Assembly (NCBI RefSeq): GCF_006345805.1
Contig: NC_042998.1
Coordinates: 110,670,001-110,734,000, forward strand
Length of the DNA stretch: 64,000 bases
From: Octopus sinensis
Lineage: Eukaryota
Direction of reading: 5' to 3'
The notes beneath the pieces were generated by a model, which saw only the letters and a program-made list of their open reading frames with translations, was not told the DNA's origin and searched no databases. Position 1 is the stretch's first letter; each line of letters opens with the position of its first letter. Positions 54,351-64,000 of this stretch are shown here, piece after piece. The position numbers and the translations under genes are program-made.

Positions 54351-55749
54351 GTGGTATAATGTACCTGAAAATGGGCAAGTAACAGTCCATAGCAGGGATA
54401 GAATTACCTAATAGAGAATTGATGAAACAAATTTGAAAGGATGGCTACAATTACCTTGACATACGAGATAATGCAGAAGGACATGAAAAAGCAACTGTGG
54501 ATGAAATATATTCGAAGAGTGATAGCATTACTTCGGTATGGAGCTGAAAGTATAAAAGAAGTGATGAACATGTATACAAAAATGAGAAAACGGTTGACAG
54601 TAAACGGAGCCTTTCGCCCTCAGAGTGATACCGATAAGCTGTACTTATCCAGAAGAAACAGTGGGAGAGGTTTGATCAGTTGCCAGAATTGTAGCGAAGC
54701 AGAAGAAAACAGCTTAGGGGTGTATGTAAAGAATACACCGGGACTACTTTTGAAACACGTGAAGAAGGTCGGCGTCATCAAAACTGATTGTGGTAAGAAA
54801 GAAAAACTTAAAGAGGAAAACAACACAAAAATAGAAACGGTATGGAAGAAGAAGAAATATGCGGCCAGTTTGCAAGAGATACCAATGCCAAGACAGATGC
54901 AGAAGACCGGTGGGTATGGATGAGAAGTGACATAAAGATAAAGACAGAAGCACTTATATGTGCTTCAACAACAACACTACCGGCAGCGAAATCAACAACA
55001 CTACCGGCAGCGAAAAATGCAGAATGTGTGGTGAGTGGGGTGAAACTGCATGATACATCGTTAACGAATGCCCCGAAATTGGCACAAGCGAAAAATGCAG
55101 AATATGTGGTGAATGGGGTGAAACGATATGATACATCGTTAGCGAATGCCCCGAAATTGACACAACGCGAATAGAAAAGACAACATGACAACGTGGCAAG
55201 AATGAGCCATTGTGAGTTATTTAGTTATCACAGCCTACAAAGAGCAAAGACGTCGTATGAGCAAACCTCAGAAGGAGTCACCAAGAATGAAAATTACAAA
55301 ATCCTGTAGGATGCAATGATTCAGTTCGACCACCTGTCCAGAGATCGGAAACCGAACGTTGTTGTGGTGAATAAAAAAGAGAGAACTTGCATGATATTCG
55401 ACATAGCATGTCCCGATGACAACAAGATCAAAAAGAAAGAACCGTAACTGAACAATTAGGACGAGTTGAAGTGGGAAATATGAAGTATGAGGTCAATGAG
55501 GAGAGTAGACGTGATACCAATAGTAATTGGCGCACTTGGAAGTCTCAGTACTCAAATATCAACATGGCCGAAAATGATTGGTACAAATGTAAAGATCGTA
55601 CAGCTACAAAAATCAACAATCCTTGAAATTGCAAGAATTCTTCACTGGGTTGGTACTTAAAGCATGACCAATAAAGTGTCCACCTTAGTCTGCTGTCTGT
55701 AAACAGCTGACCCTTTCCAGGATAATCAGCATAAGCTGTGAGTTTCATC
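54349..55749 (+). mobile_element. R4/Dong family C, 5'-truncated decayed copy C2 with internal tandem duplications
   Basis: KRLTVNGAFRPQSDTDKLYLSRRNSGRGLI, CRMCGE..ET..HIV..C, RKPNVVVV...CMIFDIACP; 3' UTR shared with C1. Confidence 0.85.
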
Positions 55750-55761
55750 AAATATTTATAA

Positions 55762-55950
55762 TAATGGTTTCAAATTTTGGCACTAGGCCAGCAAAACCCA
55801 GTAATCTTCTGATACTTATTTTTCGACCCAAAAATGATGAAAAGGAAAGTTTGACCATGGCCGAATTTGAACTCAGAACAAAAAGACGGACGAAATGCCA
55901 CCAAACAATTTACACGGCATGCAACTGAGTCTGCCAGCGCACCGCCTTAA
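55762..55950 (-). mobile_element. Decayed tRNA-derived SINE, followed by (GAT)n at ~55950-56030
   Basis: tttcgaccc.aaa.gatgaaa.ggaaagt.tgacc.tggccgaatttgaactcagaac...ctgccagc.caccgcct. Confidence 0.7.
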
Positions 55951-55974
55951 TAGTGATGTTGATGTTGATGATGG

Positions 55975-56018
<44 letters not shown>

Positions 56019-57399
56019 GTGGTGATGATCCAGTCTATAATACATTTGTATATATACGTTTTATCTCTACCTATTCGAAGGAATATGCTAAAACACAAGA
56101 GAGAAATCGATTGAAATGTAAGAGATGGAAGATTAAGGGGGAAATTGGACCAGTGAGTGAGGGGGAAATGTAAGCAAAACATAAAAAGACATTTAGATGG
56201 AGTGAGAGATACTAATTGAGAATAATATTTACAACATTATACAATTTGGCATACGTTCAGTTTTCAACAGCGTTTTATGTTTCGTAATATGTCACAGGTT
56301 GCAATTAAATACCATATTTACATTTTGTAGTCTTGTACAGGTTGTAGTATAAAGTGATATTTATGTTCGACAATGCAAAGTTGCATAGCATGATATGATG
56401 CTGCAGTATTTTAGAGCGTCATTAATAATCTTTCATAAGTCAATAGAGTTTCAATTCACAGCAATGTATGTATGCATATATGTATGTGTATGTATGTGTG
56501 TGTGCGTGTGCTTGCGTATGTGTGTGTGTGTGCATGTTCGTTTGTGTGTATGTCTATATGTATTTTACTCTATTTTAGAGAATGAAATTTACAATATTTA
56601 TACATTGTTGGAAAATGACACGTATTTTACAATAACATTTACATATAATATAGATTGAAGTTTACAACAGATATTTTGAACATTCTTCTCATATGTTATG
56701 TTTCAGTAAATATCAAGTCAACCTAACATTTTAGCTTGAGATGTTAAATGCGCATTTAATATAACAATTCTCTATGAACATATCTTGTATGTGTTTTAAG
56801 AGACTGTAAAACACAGACGTTCTGTTATTAATAAAAGTTCATTTGAAGGGGTCCCATTTGCAAAGATATCACCATCGAATATTTTATAGCTTGATATAGA
56901 GCTAGCAGTGCTAACAACTAGAGCATTACGTCCTGTTAAATGATGCTGTACATTTGAAAACCTCCAGCAAATATGGCCAATTAACTAAAACCGGCACCTG
57001 ATACTTCATCGACGCTGTATCATTCGTTGCTCGTTAGGCATAATTTCGTGAGGAAACTTGAAAAACCACCCTGTGTTAATAGACCTCTCCAACTGAAAAT
57101 ACGCCGAGTGACTGGTTTGAAGAAAATAATGTAAAGACAGAACAGCAAGTGCTACCTGAAAGGTGAAGGTATCATCAAGTCATTTTCAGTAAGCAAGGTA
57201 AAATATACCATCTGATTTAAAGACGCAAATGCTTCACTGGATAGAAAATTGTAGCATCTAAAATAGTGATGGTAAACCAACAAGACAAAGAGAACTCAGG
57301 CTCGTGTTGACTTTCATAACAAGAACGTATGTTGTCCAAGAGAAGTGCACTTTACTCAGAGACGTAAAAACCCTGAAGTCGGACAAATTTAAGCGACGT

Positions 57400-58200
57400 G
57401 AGAAAAAATTTAGGGTCCTATGAAATCACTCCTTGTTGCATTTTAACAAAGCTTCAGATTATATTCCGCAATTTCTGTAAGACATAAGTTTGAATCTACT
57501 TCCGAATATAGATGTGTGAGACCAAGTCAGGGAAGACTCCTGGTGTTGACAGTAAATCTGTATAAGTCTATAGATTTAGTGAGAAAGAATTTTGCTATAG
57601 ATCCCAGATTCGTCAGACAAAGGACGCCGTACAGTATCTTCAGTTCCCAATCTAAGAATAGTCCCCATTTACAAGCGTAGGGGCAAACCACAGTAATGTG
57701 CGACGTTATATTTCAGATATCGTTCACTTTAAATTTAAACTCGGAATGCTGGAACTTAAAACAGCAGATCATCACGATGTCAAGATAGCCAGATATGTTG
57801 TGGGAAAGTTCACATATTTAGGTAATATGTTTTCTGAAGATAGCGACCCGAAAACGTTAATTAATCGCTCCAACAGCCGGCTTCGCGAGTTTTCAGGAAG
57901 CTCAATGATTGATCGTGAAAGTACTGTGATACTATGCTGTCAATATATGTAAAAACTGAAGAAATCACAATTTTGCCTCCTTTGATCTATGATGAATATT
58001 ACTTAGCGAGACCACATCTTTAGGCATGAAGTGCTTGTCAAGCTATTATGACTAGTGTTACGTTTATCCTCATGGAATTTGTATGGAGGAATATATGATT
58101 CCCAAAGGTCAGTTTTACAGCGGGCTCAAATGTAGAAGCCGTCAAAGAGAGAGCCTGAAATTCTATTATACGACCTGCCATGGATGAAAAGTACAGAAAT
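57400..58200 (+). mobile_element. Highly decayed RTE-clade LINE RT fragment
   Basis: Fragments GKTPGVD, IVPIYKRRGK, VVGKFTYLGNMFS resemble RTE GKAPG.D / IVPIYK.KG / V..FTYLGS motifs. Confidence 0.55.
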
Positions 58201-58699
58201 GCATTTTAAAGGAAATAAATGTATGTCTTAGTTCTCCAGTATGTAATACCGAAAGATTAGCGCCTTAGGTTAACGTATATCATGTCCATGATCTCTGACT
58301 GCAATGACGTCTGCAGCATAATTCCCCTTACAAGAGAATTTAAACTCTATTATTTAGCTGCAGAGTTTTTCTGAGTGGAGTCCAAAGGGAGTATAAGGAC
58401 TTTCTCGCAAACGCTCAGTGTAATCGTTGTTCTTTGTGTAGGTTGGCAAATAACATTCAACGCATTGTGCTGCAATGGTATTTATATCTAAATCCTCATC
58501 TTTACTGACTGTTCTATTTTGTGTCTGAAGCAACCAGGAACTAAATGCTGCGTTCTTATTTCTAGAGTAGATAGTATTTGTACCTATTATTCATAGAATA
58601 TTGACGATTCATTTTCCCAATGAGAACAGTTTTTCATCAATCTTTCGAGTTCTGAGGATGTACACATTGAGACAGAGTGACTACAATCTTTATCAAATT

Positions 58700-60740
58700 A
58701 GAATCAATGACCTTTATTACTTAGAACGGTATATGCACGTCACGTAGTTTGCAATATCCTATAAGTTTATACTATAGCTCCTTTTTTATCTTACAAGCAC
58801 CAGAGCGTTCAGGAAAATATTTGTTCATTCAAACTTTGCAGTTTGATATCACAAAGAGCAGAATTTTTGCACAAGAAACTCATTGGTTCATCATTAAAGA
58901 AACCTAAGTGTAGATAACGAACAAAGAGAGTTCCTTCAATTTCATGTACTGCACTGTTATTATCTTCTTCGTTTCAACCGTCCTATTTCAAGAAATATGG
59001 AATGAAATCTGCCCAAATTCCTGACATAGCAACAGAGATTAGTTCACGTATAACGGTGAGGAAATTTGTTGTAGAGGTTTCGTAACATGTACCCTTCCGA
59101 TACACATTACATCTTTTGCCAATGCTTTCTACTTTCGGCTGAAGGTTTATAAATATGTGAAATATATTGAAAGACAGGGAACCCCTTTTCATGCAATAAT
59201 GATATTTTGGAGTGAAATACATCAGTTTTTATGGTAGGGTGGGTGGGTATACTGCATATATTCTAATAATGATGTTATCATCTTCACATATTATGTCTCG
59301 TTGTCTTTATCTCAAAGATATAACGGTGGCGGCTTGGGATTTACACACTGGGGGTAAGTTTAATTTAATCTGGATCATTTAGCTCACTATCAAAGAAATT
59401 TTCGCTTTTGCGCTTGCTAACATGTACCTCTTTCATCCCCATAATGAAAGTATGATATTGGTGTTGACGATCAATGTGTACGAAATACGAAACACAAGAA
59501 ACACGAAGTACAATATGTAATAATTCATGAATTTGGAATTTTTGCAACCGCCACATTATTCTAGAGCATATGCATGAAGAAAGTTCTTACGCTGTGTTGA
59601 ATCATCATAAATAAAACCATTAACTTCTTATAATTGTATTTGCGCACAATTGTATTCTTTATACATGTGCTTAAAGATATATTCCGAAGAGTTTATAGAA
59701 GTATAAATCATAGTTATAGTTGTACGTGAGATGTTTATTGTCTCATCTCTGAAGCCATTAAGAAATCTCTTGGAGCATTTATTGTTCTGTGTACATGATG
59801 CATTAGTCTTTGCTTCACGACAGGTTTCATCAATCTGACATATTAGAATATCGGAAAGAGATAGCTCTGATACGGAATTCGAGGTCCCTATGTACGCAAT
59901 GTTATAAACTTTATTAGCTTTATTGAACAACATTCGTTTTGTAATGTGAAGGGTAAATGAGAATAACGTGATTCTTGGTTTTAAAATTCCATGACATAAA
60001 AGGAAGCTCGGGAAAAAAATCCAATTGACTATATTATGAATATGTCTTCAAATAATGAATTACGTTTATATTTATGTTGATATCATGGTAATAGAATACC
60101 AGGCTTTACATATTATGATATCATTTGTGTTACCTAGAGACAATGTTCTTTCATATTGTAATGTAATATCTGAAATGAAGGTTGCAATATCAATATGCGA
60201 CCAGTTTGTATTACTCTATTTTTAGTATTTGTAATATGATCAGTAAGGCAAATGTAATTTTCAACTCTCAGTCGACCCTGGACATATCTGACGTAATGCA
60301 ATTGATTAGGTCCCACCTGTAAAATGGTTGCCCTTGACATGATCTGCAATCGTACAGAGTTCTTAATATTGTAATGTTGTAATATTTTTGTGGTACGTTA
60401 GAACATTATTTCAAACATTATTCTCCATTTTCTGCCATAAATTAGCAATCAGTTTACCATCTTTGTTCGTCATACGAATAAAAAAAGAATATTGCTCATG
60501 AAGCCTTTGATTTGGGCTTATAATATTTTAAATATTGTTCATCTAGATTCTTTTGGTAAATGCAAAATACCATCTCAAAATAATGGCATGCCTTCAATAT
60601 TTCTTGACACCTTTAACATCTCGTTTACTGTTGGCACATTGTAACGTCTTTCATCTCTAATTATTTATTCTCAATAGAACGATCTCTTTTTAGTACCAAT
60701 GATATCAAAAGAAAGACCCATGCTGTTACATATGTTGCTC
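58700..60740 (-). mobile_element. Decayed Helitron Rep(-helicase) coding region
   Basis: In order on the minus strand: RRYNVPTVNE; LHYVRYVQGRLRVENY...GRILILQPSF; CTQNNKCSKRF..FRDET; WRLQKFQIHE - characteristic Helitron Rep-region motifs, with many stops. Confidence 0.75.
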
Positions 60741-60885
60741 CTAAAATTGGAATAATCAAGATGACCTTACAGGCGAATTATGTTTCGGTTTTCGCAGTTT
60801 GGGTATCTGAAATATATACCTTCGCAGAATTTCTCACCATGAAAATATGTTGCACCTCAAAACTCAAACGTTACTTATTCTACAA

Positions 60886-61000
60886 CAAAGGTTCTCAACG
60901 GGGAGCATATGGGCCCCCGGGGAGCTCGAGGGGGCGTTTTGAAGCAAATGGGCTCTAGTAGGGCGTTATGAGACTTGCGGGCGCTGAAAGACCCTCGTCT
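60886..61000 (+). mobile_element. Possible left end of a hAT (Charlie-like) non-autonomous element
   Basis: caaaggttctcaacgggg resembles CAG.GGTTCTCAAC hAT termini; no convincing right TIR or TSD found. Confidence 0.3.
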
Positions 61001-61929
61001 TTCTTAAGATTAATTTAAAATTTCACATCTCTGCTACAGTCAGTTTAAAAAAAAAACTTAAAAAAACACATTTTGACGATGATACCGTTTGTGTCATGTG
61101 TAACTTGTGTCGCTAAAGTGAAACCTCCAAAATAAAAAAAAAACAAAGACAAAAACTAAAACCAGATGAATAGTGACAGACGATTAAAGAAAAAAGTAAT
61201 GAATAAAAACGAAAAGCTGAATGTGTGTGTTTGCGTGCAAAGATTTAAAGAATGGTGGTTAGAATTTTGGATCAAACAGGCTTTTGGGAGTGGCTGATAG
61301 GTATGAATTTGCGTATGTGTATGTATATATGGTTATGTTTGTATGTATATGGTTATGTGTGTTGCTATTTTGAATTCCTTCCTGTTATTGAATTTGAATT
61401 AACCCCTGGCTATTAAAGGGCCCAACCACACACATACACACATTTGTTTTAGGTTTTGTACCCAGGTGAATTGCGGCTATACATCAGATAACGTAGTAAG
61501 TCTTATGTTCTGAAATTTAAATTTTGAATTTGTTTTCATCATAAAATTACACCCAGCTAAAGACACATCTTTTGGCTTTGGAAAACAGAACCTTTTCTCA
61601 CTCTTTATTTGTTTTTTTTTTTGTTAAGATAGAATTTCTCTGTTTTGGTCAGGAGTTTTCAATTTCCTGTATTAATCAATGAACAAAAGCATTTAAAAAA
61701 AAAACATTAAATTCACAGAGCCGAACAAAATCGAAAATATTAATTGTAATCTTAATGATGAAGAGGAGTAAACATTTTCGCATTCCTTAATACTAACAAG
61801 AGCATAGCATCAGAGTGATTTGGCTGTTATTTTTAGCAAATTGAACAGCCACACACAGAGTACCTCACTGGCTCGTTTTTTTTTGCACCTATATTCTCAT
61901 TCGTGCTCGCGATAACAATCTTAAACGTG

Positions 61930-62170
61930 TTTCACGGACTCATCTAACTTATCATGCTCTCCGGTATACTCTTATTCCGTGGAATGGAGAAGATGGCTAT
62001 CATTTCAATATTCAACGGATTGAACCTGCAGCAGAGTGCCAATTACAAACAAAATGGTTTCGTCAAATAACTTCTATTCTTATCAACTGATGTTAAGACC
62101 AGAACAATCAAATCAATTACGCATGTCAAATAATCTTTATTTTCATTCACATATTTTCTACGTTATCTCA
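61930..62170 (+). mobile_element. Short Helitron Rep fragment, opposite orientation to 58.7-60.7 kb
   Basis: GEDGYHFNI...KMVSSNNFYSYQLMLRPEQSNQL resembles Helitron GEDGW...VS...FY.YRLM.R...N.L. Confidence 0.6.
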
Positions 62171-62368
62171 ACAACCAACTATAGTTATTTCAAATACACT
62201 TCTCTACAACGACCAGATTACATTAGAAAATGAAAATAGTTTCACACTTTCAATTTGAACCAAAATCACAAAGTGTTGCATTACAAGAGTGGCGATGTGT
62301 GGATAATGAAAGTAAAGTTTCTCCGAATTAGTCACATCTGTATTATAATAAAGAAAGACGTTTATTAT

Positions 62369-62733
62369 TTACTCTTTTACTCTCTTTTACCTGTTTCAGT
62401 CTTTTTGACTGCGGCCATGCTGAAGCACCGCCTTTAGTACTTATTCTATCGGTCTCTTTTTGCCGAACCGCTAAGTTACGGGGACGTAAACACACCAGCA
62501 TCGGTTGTCAAGCAATGCTAGGGGGACAACACAGACACACAAACACACACACATATACATATATATACATATATACGACAGGCTTCTTTCAGTTTCCGTC
62601 TACCAAATCCACTCACAAGGCATTGGTCGGCCCGGGGCTATAGCAGAAGACACTTGCCCAAGATGCCACGCAGTGGGACTGAACCCTGAACCATGTGGCT
62701 GGTTAGCAAGCGACTTACCACACAGCCACTCCT
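62369..62733 (-). mobile_element. Second tRNA-derived SINE family, near full length, (TAAAAGAG)n tail
   Basis: Minus strand: A-box-like tggctgtgtggtaa, B-box-like ggttcagtccc; tail appears as actcttttactctcttttac on the + strand. Confidence 0.85.
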
Positions 62734-64000
62734 ATCTATATTTTTGATTTAACAACGCTTTTTTACATTGGGTCGCACAATGTTGAGGTCATTTTCGGAG
62801 CATATTTCGATTTGCTTCTAATGCTTCACTTTCGTCCGATGTTTCACGCATGCATAGAATTCTACTCAGACATTTATGAAAATGTACTCAAAAATATTAT
62901 ATTAAAACAAACCGGAACCAAAAAAAAATTGCATTAGAAGACTCCTATTATTCTAGCTCTCTCTCACGCAAAAAAAAAAGATCTATGCATATGTATTTAT
63001 GGGCGGATGTAAAGAATACGCACACCAGGTGTTTAGGTTTATGGTGAAAAAGGGTGGTGTACATATTCTTTACTTCCAAGTATTTATGTACGTGGATATG
63101 AAAGATAATGTGTATGCGTATGTGTATCTGTGAGGGAGAGAGAGTGAGAGAGAGTGAGCGAGTGAGTGCCACTTACACATACATGCAAAAATTTCATATA
63201 TCACAACACACACCTTCACTGACTCTCTCTCTCTCTCTCTCTCTTGCTCACTCTCTCTCTCTCTCTCTCTTGCTCTCTCTCTCTCTCACACACACACACG
63301 CACATCCATTTCATATACATGTGCATCTTTCACGTTTCTACTTCAAAGCAAATGTTGCCTTTTCACTTTATCTTTCAATTTCTGCTCTCTTCAAAGCACA
63401 AAGAAATCTTAAAAGATTACGGAAATTAACGATCTCATATATGTCGAGCTGACAACTTTGCGTCTTCAAACGAAAGAATGCCATAAAATAACTTCCTTTG
63501 ACAAAAGCACACATATACACACACTACGGTTAAAACTTCTGGACGAATTATGTCATTTCTTGCAGTGTGCACGCGCAAAGTTAGAGCTCAAATCCAATTG
63601 AAATGAACTCTTTCTATTGAGTAATTTGTGTTTGTGATGAGCGCATTTAGAAACCTGATATTCGATTTCCCAGAAATTCTGTCCTTTACCTCTTCTTTCT
63701 AGCTTGTTTGAGGTGACATTTTTGTCCCTATCCGTTATGTTTTTTAAAAATTTCTTCCGATTCGTATGGTTATGATACAGGAGATTAGGATTTCACCCAC
63801 CAAATACATTCGCAATATTTTAATTTTCTCCCTCTAAACACTAAATCATTTTTTACTTTTTCCAAATGTTTATTCTTGATAATCCACGGAGGAAAACAAC
63901 AGGGAGTACGGATATTTAAGAATTTTACCTATCACCTCACCACTTTAAAAAAGCTACACACTTTTTGAAAAGTGGGGAAGTTTCTTCAGGAATATTGTCG

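Overview
AT-rich, microsatellite-saturated eukaryotic DNA, very probably cephalopod (octopus-like); that assignment is an inference from the repeat landscape. I recognise no host protein-coding exon. Essentially all interpretable sequence is transposon-derived. (1) Two chains (~19.9-30.3 kb and ~51.3-55.8 kb) of R4/Dong-clade non-LTR retrotransposons (RT + CCHC + restriction-like endonuclease) from at least four families, nearly all embedded in (TAA)n and co-oriented with it. One copy (21.0-24.7 kb) is nearly intact. (2) A ~520-bp non-coding element found only inside the same (TAA)n arrays (3 copies). (3) Penelope-like (GIY-YIG) remnants, one carrying a minimal hammerhead-ribozyme-like motif. 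(4) A triplicated ~540-bp non-coding unit (43.5-45.0 kb) whose minus strand contains all three hammerhead core segments with matching stems, but in a non-circularly permuted order; this is the most interesting signal. (5) Many tRNA-derived SINEs, a Tc1 copy, a fold-back mariner derivative, and decayed RTE, Tx1/L1, CR1/Jockey-like and Helitron fragments.
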